64,000 nucleotides of DNA from Spirochaetaceae bacterium (GTDB taxonomy: Bacteria > Spirochaetota > Spirochaetia > DSM-2461), in assembly GCA_965224705.1 (NCBI GenBank), contig OZ245056.1, forward strand, positions 448,001 through 512,000, in the 5' to 3' direction. The position numbers and the translations under genes were made by a program. The notes under the pieces were generated by a model that made no database searches, was not told the DNA's origin, and saw only the letters and a program-made list of their open reading frames with translations. Below are positions 50,029-59,577 of the stretch, one piece after another. Position 1 is the stretch's first letter. Each line of letters begins with the position of its first letter.

Positions 50029-50242
50029 CAGGGCAATCGCATCTAATTCTATCCCAAAAAAATGAAAAACACTAATTTTTGGGGGAACGAATGGAGTTTC
50101 CTTCAATAGGAGGAATTTGTCAACTTTTTGTTATCGTTGTGATGTGAATAATTACCTTGAACACTCTGCGCTCTCTGCGTCCTCTGCGGTTAAGAATCAT
50201 GAATAAGGCTTTCATAAGTGGATTTTAGATGCGATTGCCCTG
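50029..50242. mobile_element. 214-bp ISAs1-type MITE
   Basis: Perfect 18-bp TIR cagggcaatcgcatctaa / ttagatgcgattgccctg; 10-bp direct repeat gaacttctaa at 50019 and 50243. Confidence 0.88.
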
Positions 50243-50261
50243 GAACTTCTAAAGAAATAGC

Positions 50262-50291
50262 TTGACACAGGAATAACTCTTAGTCTATGGT
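50262..50291 (+). promoter_or_regulatory. Putative sigma70 promoter of the sugar ABC operon
   Basis: TTGACA-N18-TATGGT. Confidence 0.5.
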
Positions 50292-50345
50292 AGAGCATCA
50301 CCAGCAATAAATATGTTCGGTGCACACAATCTATAAGGAGTAGAT

Positions 50346-51638
50346 ATGAAGAAATTCTTGTTAATGATAATCATGATTACAGTGGCGGCCCTTGTTTTCG
50401 CCACGGGCTCTGACGAATCTTCGGCGGAGGCGCCGGAATCCTTTGAAGGGATGACTCTGTCGATTATCACCTTCACCGGAGAGTTCAAAGATCAGAAAAT
50501 CGTCGCCGATTTTGAAGAACGAACGGGAGCGAAGGTTGATTTACAGATCGTGCCGCTCGCCGATTACGAGGCCAAGGTCAGACCCCTTCTGGCAACTGGT
50601 AAAAACGTTCCAGACATCTTTGTCGGTGAGGCCGCCTATGTCCGGCAATTTGTCGAAGCCGGCTACTGGACCAACTTGAGTGAAGCGCCCTTCAATGCGG
50701 ATACCAGCGAAATGTTTCCTTATGCCGCGGAGATGGGAACCAACGCCGACGGAAATGTCGTTGCCCTGACATGGCAGACGACACCGGGGGGATGGTTCTA
50801 TCGGCGAAGCCTGGCAAAAGAATACTTCGGCACGGATGACCCTGTGGAAATCGGCAAGTTGTTCAAGGATTGGGACAGTGTGCTTAAGGCGGCCGAGACA
50901 CTCCACAGCAAAAGCGGCGGTGAGGTAAAGATGTTCCCCGGAATCGGCGAGACCATTTACCGGATATTTTATTCCCCCAGGACCATACCATGGATTAACA
51001 GAAATAATGAGTTTGCGATTGACCCTCAGCTCCTGGACTACATGAAAATAGCCAAAAAGATCCGTGATTCCGGCTACGACGCGAAACTCGATGACTGGGC
51101 AGGTCCATGGTTCGAGGCGATGAATACCGTACCCGGAGAAGCCAGGGTATTCCTCTACGGCTGGCCGACCTGGGGTCTGCAGTTTGTCATGAATGGCCAG
51201 ACCAACAGTGTTGGAGACTGGGCTGTTACCGCTCCTCCTGAACCCTTCTTCTGGGGAGGAACCTGGGTTGGAATCTACAAAGACAGCCCCAACAAGGCGC
51301 TAAGCTGGGAATTTATCAAGATGCTGACCCAGGACACCCAGTGGATGGAACAATATGCGCTGCGTGCGGGAGAGTTCATGTCCAACAGGGTTGTCATGGA
51401 AAAGATCAAAGACGACTACTCCTCTGAAACCCTCGGTGGACAAAATCACTTCCAGTACTTTTACGAACAGACGCCCTTCATCGACGGATCGGCAATCCAG
51501 GGATATGACTATCAGATTAACTCCATATTTGCGCAGGTGATAAACGAATTTATCGATAATCAGCTAACCTTTGATGAAGCTGTGGAAGCCATGGGCAATC
51601 GAGTGAAGGAAGCTCTTCCTCAAGTCACCATCAAGTAG
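50346..51638 (+). CDS. Carbohydrate ABC transporter substrate-binding protein
   Basis: Signal peptide; PDIF, YRRSLAKEYFGTDDP, WGGTW. Confidence 0.9.
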   Translation: MKKFLLMIIMITVAALVFATGSDESSAEAPESFEGMTLSIITFTGEFKDQKIVADFEERTGAKVDLQIVPLADYEAKVRPLLATGKNVPDIFVGEAAYVRQFVEAGYWTNLSEAPFNADTSEMFPYAAEMGTNADGNVVALTWQTTPGGWFYRRSLAKEYFGTDDPVEIGKLFKDWDSVLKAAETLHSKSGGEVKMFPGIGETIYRIFYSPRTIPWINRNNEFAIDPQLLDYMKIAKKIRDSGYDAKLDDWAGPWFEAMNTVPGEARVFLYGWPTWGLQFVMNGQTNSVGDWAVTAPPEPFFWGGTWVGIYKDSPNKALSWEFIKMLTQDTQWMEQYALRAGEFMSNRVVMEKIKDDYSSETLGGQNHFQYFYEQTPFIDGSAIQGYDYQINSIFAQVINEFIDNQLTFDEAVEAMGNRVKEALPQVTIK

Positions 51639-51651
51639 ACTTTTGTAAGAG

Positions 51652-51689
51652 CCCGCCGTCGTTCTTGAAATATCAGGAGCGTCGGCGGC
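51652..51689 (+). terminator. Intercistronic stem-loop (mRNA stabiliser or weak terminator)
   Basis: ccgccgtcgttcttga-aata-tcaggagcgtcggcgg; no U tract. Confidence 0.5.
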
Positions 51690-51702
51690 CTCGGAGGATC
51701 GA

Positions 51703-52602
51703 ATGAGGAAGAATCACTACGCTCGCTATGGGTATCTTTTTGTGCTGCCCTTCTTCGCCGCCTTTACCGTATTCTGGCTCTATCCGGTTATAAGCACCTT
51801 CATCACCAGCCTTACTGATGAAGATTTTACCCGTGCCGGTCGGTCATTCGTCGGACTGAGGAACTACATATACGAGTTAACCCATGTTGGATTCTGGCGT
51901 TCATTTATGAATACCTGGATAATATGGATACCGAATATCGTCCTTCAGCTCGGTGTGGCCCTTTTCCTTGCGGTAATCCTGACCAATATCCAGCTGCGAG
52001 TGCGGGCGGTGGGACTCTTTCGGGCAATCTTTTTCTTCCCCAACCTGGTAACGGTCGCTTCCATAGCGGTCCTGGCCTACGCTATCCTGGATTGGCAAAA
52101 TGGAGTACTGAACCAGATCGTCTTCGGTACCGGCGCAGGCGCCCAGGACAGGTATATTTTTTGGCTGAACAACCCGATTTCCGCCCGCATCTTTATTTCC
52201 CTCATGCAGACATGGATGTGGTTTGGCTACACAATGATTCTCTTTATGGCGGGTATTCAGGCGATACCCCCCAGCCTCTTTGAAGCCGCCATTGTGGACG
52301 GAGCCTCGCCGACACGAACATTCCGTTTTGTAACCTTCCCTCTTTTGAAACCTGTGATGATCTATGTGGTAATCACGTCTCTCATCGGCGGTCTCAATAT
52401 CTTCGATCTTCCCTGGATTATTACCAGAGGCCGGGGAGGGCCCGATTTAAGTCTTACCACTACGGTGGTGTACCTGTTCAACCGTGCCTTTCGGTTTTAT
52501 CAACTCGGCGCGGGAGCCGCGGTCTCGTACCTCCTCCTAGTTTTCACCGGGCTGTTTTCCTTCGTTTACCTTCGACTGATTGGCTTTGGTAAGGAGAGTT
52601 AA
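51703..52602 (+). CDS. Sugar ABC permease (MalF-like)
   Basis: FVGLRNY; EAA loop LFEAAIVDGAS. Confidence 0.92.
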   Translation: MRKNHYARYGYLFVLPFFAAFTVFWLYPVISTFITSLTDEDFTRAGRSFVGLRNYIYELTHVGFWRSFMNTWIIWIPNIVLQLGVALFLAVILTNIQLRVRAVGLFRAIFFFPNLVTVASIAVLAYAILDWQNGVLNQIVFGTGAGAQDRYIFWLNNPISARIFISLMQTWMWFGYTMILFMAGIQAIPPSLFEAAIVDGASPTRTFRFVTFPLLKPVMIYVVITSLIGGLNIFDLPWIITRGRGGPDLSLTTTVVYLFNRAFRFYQLGAGAAVSYLLLVFTGLFSFVYLRLIGFGKES

Positions 52603-52603
52603 G

Positions 52604-53455
52604 ATGGCAAAGTCTGGACAAAGAAGAATCAATACCACCCTTTCCCGAAGGGGGGTCCATCTCATACTGATCCTGGTGGCGTTTGCCTGCATTGTGCCTT
52701 TCTACATCATGCTGATCAACGCGACACGGACCAACGCGGACATAAGCCGGGGACCGACATTAATCCCCGGACGTGCTCTCCTGGACAACTGGAAGTCGCT
52801 GATTACCGGTGGACTAAACATCCCCCGGGCGTTTTTGAATTCCCTCATAGTGGCACTTAGCAGCACCCTGCTTGCCGCTTACTTCTCCGCGCTCACCGCC
52901 TATGGTTTTGGGATGTACAAATTCCGCGGCAAGAAGGTGCTCTTCGCCCTGATCTTGAGCGTGATTATGCTCCCTCCCACTATCATGTTGGTGGGATTGT
53001 TTAAGCTCTCACTCATACTCAACCTCTACGACACCCGACTCATCCTGATACTGCCTGCCATTGCCAGTCCCTACACGGTTTTCTTCCTGCGGCAGTATAC
53101 CCAGAGCGTAATCAGCCCCAGCCTGGTGGAGGCCGCACGAATTGATGGCTCTGGGGAGTTTTACATCTTCCATCGTATCGGATTACCCCTGATGGCTCCG
53201 GGAATTGCCACCATGTCCATCTTTTCTTTTCTATCCCAGTGGAACAGCTATCTCGTTCCCCTGACACTTCTGAATAGCCAGGAGAAGTACACCCTTCCTC
53301 TGATCATCCAGCAGCTCAACACCACCACCTATCAAAGGGATTTTGGGGCAATGTACCTGGGTGTCGCCTTGAGTGTTTTTCCGATCCTGATTGCCTTCGC
53401 TTTCCTCTCCCGCTATCTCATCGCGGGTATCACTTTTGGGGCCGTAAAGGAATAG
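52604..53455 (+). CDS. Sugar ABC permease (MalG-like)
   Basis: LVEAARIDGSGE; C-terminal GAVKE. Confidence 0.92.
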   Translation: MAKSGQRRINTTLSRRGVHLILILVAFACIVPFYIMLINATRTNADISRGPTLIPGRALLDNWKSLITGGLNIPRAFLNSLIVALSSTLLAAYFSALTAYGFGMYKFRGKKVLFALILSVIMLPPTIMLVGLFKLSLILNLYDTRLILILPAIASPYTVFFLRQYTQSVISPSLVEAARIDGSGEFYIFHRIGLPLMAPGIATMSIFSFLSQWNSYLVPLTLLNSQEKYTLPLIIQQLNTTTYQRDFGAMYLGVALSVFPILIAFAFLSRYLIAGITFGAVKE

Positions 53456-53736
53456 GGGTGCCTCCCCCAGATTCAACATTAGATGAATTATACTCAACCC
53501 TTATCCGTTGATGCGCTTTGAGAATTGACTCAATCATACTCCAGCCTGGGAGATGGGTCCGCAACTGACCGCCTTTTGGGATCATGCCTTATCCAAAAAA
53601 CCTGACTAAATGACCGGTCCGCGTATTGTAGGGATGCTCCCGGAGCGGGTGAATGGGACTGCCAGATCACCGAGTGCCTGCTGAAGCGTGGAAATAGAAT
53701 TGGGTGCCCATTGATGAAATTGGCTTTCCCAAACTG

Positions 53737-54138
53737 TCAGGATTGATTTGACAGTGTATAAGAAAAATCGTAGGTATGCTTGCCGTTTTCATCAACGTCG
53801 ATGGACATTGACCCGGTTAATCCAGCAAAGCCGCCAGTAGCCGAATCGGGGACGACCACAATTGTAAGCTGGTGATTTCCCTGACTCATCACGCCGTTAT
53901 GCTGTAAGATAAATGTGCCGGAACGGCCGTTTAACTCCCCCTCCACCTCCTCTATCGCCACATATCCGGCAGAGCCTTTGGCTTGCGTCAGCGCAGTTAG
54001 CATTTGTCCCTTGCTTGTTCCTTGTAAATCTCCGTAAAACTGCTTATCTATCAAATTTCGTCCTGGTATTTCTCGCGCCGCGTCATCAGATTCCATGGGA
54101 GTTATTTTCACATCAAACGTGCCTTCTGCGTGATTCAT
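53737..54138 (-). CDS. DUF3224 protein
   Basis: KQFYGDLQG, SAGYVAIE, GRSGTFILQH, VVPDSATG. Confidence 0.85.
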   Translation of the reverse strand: MNHAEGTFDVKITPMESDDAAREIPGRNLIDKQFYGDLQGTSKGQMLTALTQAKGSAGYVAIEEVEGELNGRSGTFILQHNGVMSQGNHQLTIVVVPDSATGGFAGLTGSMSIDVDENGKHTYDFSYTLSNQS

Positions 54139-54244
54139 AAATTCTCCTTTATCTATGATTGAAGTTTCGTCCATACCCTCGTCCTTTTAAACGGAATTCG
54201 CTGACTTGAACGACCTTTTATCAATGAACTCGCACCATATCAAA

Positions 54245-54715
54245 TCATTCCTCAATGAGAGGGCGGTTAAGTTCTGTTTGAAATCTGGCCGGATCAGAAG
54301 GCAAATCGGGATAATCCAGATAGATTCCCCAAAGGTCGGAAGCAGGTGTCAGTCCTTCCGCCTCTATCCATGACATAGACGCCTCCCATGCAGCTGGCAA
54401 TCCTTCATACGGACCATGGTATACAGTGCGTGGTGTTACCTTCCTCACAGCCAGTTGGCTTGACATTACACGTCCCGCAGGCGGGACAGACTTGTCGACG
54501 GGGGAACCAATTTCGAAATCAAAAATATCAGGGTCTATTTTGAAGTGATGCGCAAAAGTGGGGCCTGCGGGGAAGATGCCCTGGGCTCCAGGAGTATCAA
54601 TTAGCTCAGAAACGGCTGGACCCATTTCTTTTTGCATGTCGGAACGGGGGATGGACAGGTGGATAATCGCTGTTTCCCGCACATCTGTTTGTAGAAGTCG
54701 GGGTTTATCAATCAT
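54245..54715 (-). CDS. GyrI-like small-molecule-binding protein
   Basis: YHGPYEGLPAAW..WIEAEG..TELNRPL. Confidence 0.8.
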   Translation of the reverse strand: MIDKPRLLQTDVRETAIIHLSIPRSDMQKEMGPAVSELIDTPGAQGIFPAGPTFAHHFKIDPDIFDFEIGSPVDKSVPPAGRVMSSQLAVRKVTPRTVYHGPYEGLPAAWEASMSWIEAEGLTPASDLWGIYLDYPDLPSDPARFQTELNRPLIEE

Positions 54716-54875
54716 TTTTCTCTCCATTTCTCAGGAAATCATGCTTGGCTATTAAGTCTTTCGGCCAACAGTATAAAAGAAGATCTGTTCTGCTGTCAAG
54801 AAAACGAATTGCCTCCCTGCAGGCCAGGTGCAAATGTGACCGGGGTTTAACTGTATCAAAATAACACAACGAAGC

Positions 54876-54979
54876 GCAGGGGGATTCTCAAGGGGGAACA
54901 CCCCCTTGAGTCGTGTTTTTCTTTGTTAAACTTTCTTTTTGTCGAAAAAAAAGAAAGTTTAGGCCCAGCGGCCCGAGCG
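54876..54979. repeat. Double-hairpin repeat R, copy 1 of 4
   Basis: ctcaaggggg..cccccttgag and taaactttctttt..aaaagaaagttta, ending ggcccagcggcccgagcg. Confidence 0.92.
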
Positions 54980-55013
54980 ACCACCCACAAAACCATGCTA
55001 TGCTAAAGACGTT

Positions 55014-56786
55014 ATGAAAAAGAATCTGACTCAGGGCATCACCGATTTTAAGGAATTCATCGACAATAACTGCTACTTTGTCGATAAAACCCGTCTCATA
55101 GAGCATCTTATCAATGACCCCAGCAAGGTGCACCTCATAACCCGCCCCCGGCGCTTTGGCAAAACCCTGAACCTCAGCATGATCCGCTACTTCTTCGAGG
55201 CCCCACCACTGCACGGCGACCGCGGCGTTAGCAGCGAAGCCTCCACCGAAGAGCCGCCCAATGCTGAGCTGTTCAACGGCATGTCCATCGCAGAACACCC
55301 CCGGTGCCATGAATACATGGGACAGTATCCGGTGATACACTTGAGTTTTAAGGATGCCAAGGGTTCTTCGTATACGGAGTGCATGGGGATTATCAGGAAA
55401 ATGCTCTCCAATGAATACCGCAGGCATCAATACTTGTGGAATTCCGGCATACTGGAAGACAGGGAACGGATAAAATTTGAAAATTTTCTGTACGATGAGG
55501 GCACGGATCAGGACTGCGCCCAATCCATTGAATATCTCTCCGCCTGGCTGAAGCGCGCCTACGGCAAACCGGTCTACATCCTTCTGGATGAGTACGACAC
55601 CCCGCTGCACGCCGCCTACACCGACAAATTCTACGATGAGATGATCGCCTTCATCCGAAGCTTCATGGTGCAGAGCTTCAAGGACAACCCCAATTTGAAG
55701 CAGGCGGTGGTCATCGGCATACTCAAAGTGGCTCAGGAGAGCATCTTCAGCGACTTCAACAATCCGGCAGTGTCCACCCTGCTCGATCCCGAAATGGAGG
55801 ACTGTTTCGGCTTCACGGAACCCGAAGTGGAGGCCATGGCGGACTACTATGGGCTTGGTGACAGGATGGACGGCATCAGGAAATGGTACAACGGTTACAT
55901 CTTCGGCGGGGACACGGTCATCTACAATCCCTGGAGCATAGTCAACTACCTCAGGAGGCCATCGACTGGGCTGCGTCCCTACTGGGTGCACACCAGCGCC
56001 AACAGGATGGTTAAGGAAACGCTGCAGCTGAACAAAAGGGACAGCCGGGAAACCATGGAAAGGCTGCTCAGAGGAGAGGAAGTGAGGCGTGAGGTGGCAC
56101 TCAACATCGTCTACCCGCAGATACGGACCCGCCCGGATGTGGCGTGGAGTTTCCTTCTCCACGGCGGTTATCTCAAGGCCAGCGAAAGGCAGCAGCACGA
56201 GATAATCCAGGACTACCGGCTGGATATTCCCAACCGCGAAGTACGCTATTCCTACATGACCACAATCAAGGACTGGCTGGAGGAGGATGTGGAGGCGGGC
56301 GAGTCCTTTCATTCCTTTATCCGCGGCATCAGGGAGGGAAATGCCGCCCTGATCGAGAGGGGTCTGGGGAAGGTTCTCCTGAGCATGGCCAGTTATTACG
56401 ACACCGCCGGCGAAGACGAGGAACTGGAGCGGGTGGAGGGCTTCTACCACGGTCTGGTGCTGGGGATGCTGGCCTACCTGAGCGGCGAGTACAGGGTGGA
56501 GAGCAATCGGGAATGCGGCATGGGCCGCCCCGACATCGTATTGATTCAACACGGCCCTGGGCGACCCGCTCATGTTCTGCTGTTCGAGTTCAAACGGGAG
56601 TCTTCCACCGGAACCACGCCGCTAAATAAGCTGGCGCAGGAAGCCTATTCCCAGGCGGAGCAAAAATATCTGGAGGGGGCACGGGAGAAGTGGAACCCGG
56701 AGGAAATTGTCATCTATGGGGTGGGCTTTCGCGGTAAGAAACTGGCTCTGGAGGTAGGCGGGGAGGCGCTTCACCCCCAGCTCTGA
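55014..56786 (+). CDS. AAA-ATPase_like plus PD-(D/E)XK protein, paralogue B
   Basis: Same motifs as paralogue A; GRPDIV..FEFK. Confidence 0.92.
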   Translation: MKKNLTQGITDFKEFIDNNCYFVDKTRLIEHLINDPSKVHLITRPRRFGKTLNLSMIRYFFEAPPLHGDRGVSSEASTEEPPNAELFNGMSIAEHPRCHEYMGQYPVIHLSFKDAKGSSYTECMGIIRKMLSNEYRRHQYLWNSGILEDRERIKFENFLYDEGTDQDCAQSIEYLSAWLKRAYGKPVYILLDEYDTPLHAAYTDKFYDEMIAFIRSFMVQSFKDNPNLKQAVVIGILKVAQESIFSDFNNPAVSTLLDPEMEDCFGFTEPEVEAMADYYGLGDRMDGIRKWYNGYIFGGDTVIYNPWSIVNYLRRPSTGLRPYWVHTSANRMVKETLQLNKRDSRETMERLLRGEEVRREVALNIVYPQIRTRPDVAWSFLLHGGYLKASERQQHEIIQDYRLDIPNREVRYSYMTTIKDWLEEDVEAGESFHSFIRGIREGNAALIERGLGKVLLSMASYYDTAGEDEELERVEGFYHGLVLGMLAYLSGEYRVESNRECGMGRPDIVLIQHGPGRPAHVLLFEFKRESSTGTTPLNKLAQEAYSQAEQKYLEGAREKWNPEEIVIYGVGFRGKKLALEVGGEALHPQL

Positions 56787-56937
56787 GTGTAGGGTTGGCC
56801 CGCATACGGCGTAAAAAGCCGCTTTTCACGGAACACAGGGGGGATTCTCAAGGGGGACACCCCCTTGAGTCGTATTTTTCTTTGTTAAACTTTCTTTTTG
56901 TCAAAAAAAAGAAAGTTTAGGCCCAGCGGCCCGAGCG
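56787..56937. repeat. Intergenic unit with repeat R, copy 2
   Basis: Near-identical to copies 1, 3 and 4. Confidence 0.92.
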
Positions 56938-56971
56938 ACCACTCACAAAACCATGCTATGCTAAAGACGTC

Positions 56972-58753
56972 ATGAAAAAGAATCTGACTCAGGGCATCAC
57001 CGATTTCAAGAAATTCATCGACAATGATTGCTACTTTGTCGATAAAACCCGTCTCATAGCGCATCTTATCAATGACCCCAGCGAAGTGCACCTCATCACC
57101 CGCCCCCGCCGCTTCGGTAAAACCCTGAACCTGAGCATGATCCGCTACTTCTTTGAAGCCCCGCCACTGCACGGCAACAGCGGCGTTAGCAGCGAAGCCC
57201 CCACCGAAGAGCCGCCCAATGCCTCATTGTTTAATGACATGTCCATATCAAAACACCCCCGATGCCGCGAATACATGGGCCAATATCCGGTGATACACTT
57301 AAGCTTCAAGAACGTAAAAAAATCGAATCATGAAGATTGCATGGTACTTATCAAAGATATGCTCTCCGATGAATTCCGTAGACATCAATACTTGCAAAAC
57401 TCCGGCATGTTGGAAGACAGGGAACGGACAAAATTTGAAAAAATTCTGTACGATGAGGGCACGGATCAGGATTGTACCCAATCCATAAAACACCTCTCCT
57501 CCTGGCTCCATCGTGCCTACGGAAAACCGGTCTACATTCTTCTGGACGAGTACGACACCCCGCTGCACGCCGCCTACACCGACAACTTCTACGATGAGAT
57601 GATCGCCTTCATCCGCAGCTTCATGGTGCAGAGCTTCAAGGATAACCCCAATTTGAAGCAGGCGGTGGTTATCGGGATACTCAAAGTGGCCCAGGAGAGC
57701 ATCTTCAGCGACTTCAATAACCCGGCGGTGTCCACCGTGCTGAGCGACGCCATGAAGGATTGCTTTGGCTTCACGGAACCCGAAGTGGAAGAAATGGCCG
57801 CCTATTTCGGGCAGGAGTCCAGACTGGACGGCATTCGTCAATGGTACAACGGCTACATCTTCGGCGGCGACACGGTCATCTACAATCCCTGGAGTCTCGT
57901 GAGCTATTTCCGAAACATCAAGGACGGACTTCTGCCCTACTGGGTGCACACCAGTGCCAACAGGATGGTCAAGGAAACGCTGCAGCTGAACAAAAGGGAC
58001 AGCCGGGAAACCATTGAGGGGCTGCTCAGAGGAGAGGAAGTGAGACGGGAGGTTGCGGTCAACATCGTTTACCCGCAGATACGAACCCGCCCGGATGTGG
58101 CGTGGAGTTTCCTGCTCCACGGCGGCTACCTGAAGGCTGATGAGCGGCAACAAGTCCACACCTCCATAACCCACCGGCTTTCCATTCCCAATCTGGAAGT
58201 GACGGTGGTCTACGAAAAGGTGATTCGGGACTGGTTAGAGGAGGATGTGGAGGCGGGTGAGTCCTTTCATTTCTTCATCCGCGGCATCAGGGAAAGGAAT
58301 GCTGCCCTGATTGAGAGGGGGCTTGGGAAGGTTCTCCTGAGCATGGCCAGTTATTACGACACCGCTGATGCCGCTGGCGAAGACGAGGAAATGGAGCGGG
58401 TGGAGGGCTTCTACCACGGTCTGGTATTGGGAATGCTTGCCTACCTGAGCGGCGAGTACAGTGTGGAGAGCAACCGGGAATGCGGCATGGGCCGCCCCGA
58501 CATCGTATTGATTCAACGCAGCTCCGGGCGACCCGGTCATGTTCTGCTGTTCGAGTTCAAACGGGAACCTGCCGCCGGAACCACGCCGCTCAAGCAGCTG
58601 GCACAGGAGGCCCATACCCAGGCGGAGCAAAAATACCTGAAGGGGGCGCGGGAAAAGTGGAACCCGGAAAAGATTGTCATCTACGGTGTAGGCTTTCGCG
58701 GCAAGACACTGGCTCTGGAGGCAGGCGGAGGGACGCTTCGCGCCCAGTTCTGA
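56972..58753 (+). CDS. AAA-ATPase_like plus PD-(D/E)XK protein, paralogue C
   Basis: Tandem paralogue of B with patchy divergence. Confidence 0.92.
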   Translation: MKKNLTQGITDFKKFIDNDCYFVDKTRLIAHLINDPSEVHLITRPRRFGKTLNLSMIRYFFEAPPLHGNSGVSSEAPTEEPPNASLFNDMSISKHPRCREYMGQYPVIHLSFKNVKKSNHEDCMVLIKDMLSDEFRRHQYLQNSGMLEDRERTKFEKILYDEGTDQDCTQSIKHLSSWLHRAYGKPVYILLDEYDTPLHAAYTDNFYDEMIAFIRSFMVQSFKDNPNLKQAVVIGILKVAQESIFSDFNNPAVSTVLSDAMKDCFGFTEPEVEEMAAYFGQESRLDGIRQWYNGYIFGGDTVIYNPWSLVSYFRNIKDGLLPYWVHTSANRMVKETLQLNKRDSRETIEGLLRGEEVRREVAVNIVYPQIRTRPDVAWSFLLHGGYLKADERQQVHTSITHRLSIPNLEVTVVYEKVIRDWLEEDVEAGESFHFFIRGIRERNAALIERGLGKVLLSMASYYDTADAAGEDEEMERVEGFYHGLVLGMLAYLSGEYSVESNRECGMGRPDIVLIQRSSGRPGHVLLFEFKREPAAGTTPLKQLAQEAHTQAEQKYLKGAREKWNPEKIVIYGVGFRGKTLALEAGGGTLRAQF

Positions 58754-58901
58754 GTTGACCCGCATACGGCGTTAAAAAAGCCGCTTTTCACAAAGTGCAT
58801 GGGGGATTCTCAAGGGGGTGCCCCCCCTTGAGTCGTATTTTTCTTTGTTAAACTTTCTTTTTGTCGAAAAAAAAGAAAGTTTAGGCCCAGCGGCCCGAGC
58901 G
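58754..58901. repeat. Intergenic unit with repeat R, copy 3
   Basis: Same double hairpin. Confidence 0.92.
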
Positions 58902-59120
58902 CCTCATGTTCTGCTGTTCGAGTTCAAACGGGAACCTGCCGCCGGAACCACACCGCTGAAGCAGTTGGCACAAAAGGCCTATTCCCAGGTGGAGCAAAAA
59001 TACCTGGAGGGAGCGCAGGAGAAGTGGAATCCGGAAAGGATTATCATCTACGGGGTGGGATTTCGCGGTAAGGAACTGGCTCTGGAGGCAGGCGGAGGGG
59101 CGCTTCACCCCCAGTTCTGA
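58902..59120 (+). pseudogene. Orphan C-terminal cassette 1 of the AAA/PD-(D/E)XK gene
   Basis: PHVLLFEFKRE...ALHPQF*, stop-free, joined directly to R. Confidence 0.85.
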
Positions 59121-59273
59121 GTGTAGGGTTGGCCCGCATACGGCATAAAAAGCCGCTTTTTACAGAGCGCAGGGGGGATTCTCAAGGGGGGACACCCCCT
59201 TGAGTCGTATTTTTCTTTGTTAAACTTTCTTTTTGTCGAAAAAAAAGAAAGTTTAGGCCCAGCGGCCCGAGCG
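59121..59273. repeat. Intergenic unit with repeat R, copy 4
   Basis: Same double hairpin, 372 bp after copy 3. Confidence 0.92.
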
Positions 59274-59489
59274 CCTCATGTTCTGCTGTTTGAGTTCAAA
59301 CGGGAGCCTGCCGCCGGAACCACGCCGCTCAAGGAACTGGCGCAGGAGGCCCATACCCAGGCGGAGCAAAAATACCTGGAGGGGGCACAGGAGAAGTGGA
59401 ACCCGGAAAGGATTATCATCTACGGGGTGGGATTTCGCGGCAAGGCACTGGCTCTGGAGGCAGGCGGGGAGAACGAAGCTCCCCCATGA
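59274..59489 (+). pseudogene. Orphan C-terminal cassette 2
   Basis: PHVLLFEFKRE...GGENEAPP*, same junction as cassette 1. Confidence 0.85.
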
Positions 59490-59577
59490 AGTCTGCGTCA
59501 ACCGCTTCAAAGCGGTCCGTGCCCGTCCCCTGTCCTATGAAGAGGGAAAGCGTTACCCCCCCAACCACTGGCAATCC

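Noticed and set aside
53460..53730. Possible pseudogene or structured RNA after the ABC operon
   Set aside because: Only a weak short hairpin; nothing supportable.
54888..56573. 561-aa minus-strand ORF, and similar long antisense ORFs over hsdM, hsdR and paralogues A and C
   Set aside because: Antisense shadows of GC3-rich genes; no recognisable motifs, and the equivalent frame is broken in paralogue C.
54876..59273. Repeat R array as a CRISPR or integron attC array
   Set aside because: Units are about 100-150 bp, the intervening DNA is homologous gene sequence, and no cas gene, integrase or attC core was seen.
55014..59489. Diversity-generating retroelement
   Set aside because: No reverse transcriptase in the window, and differences between copies are not restricted to adenines.
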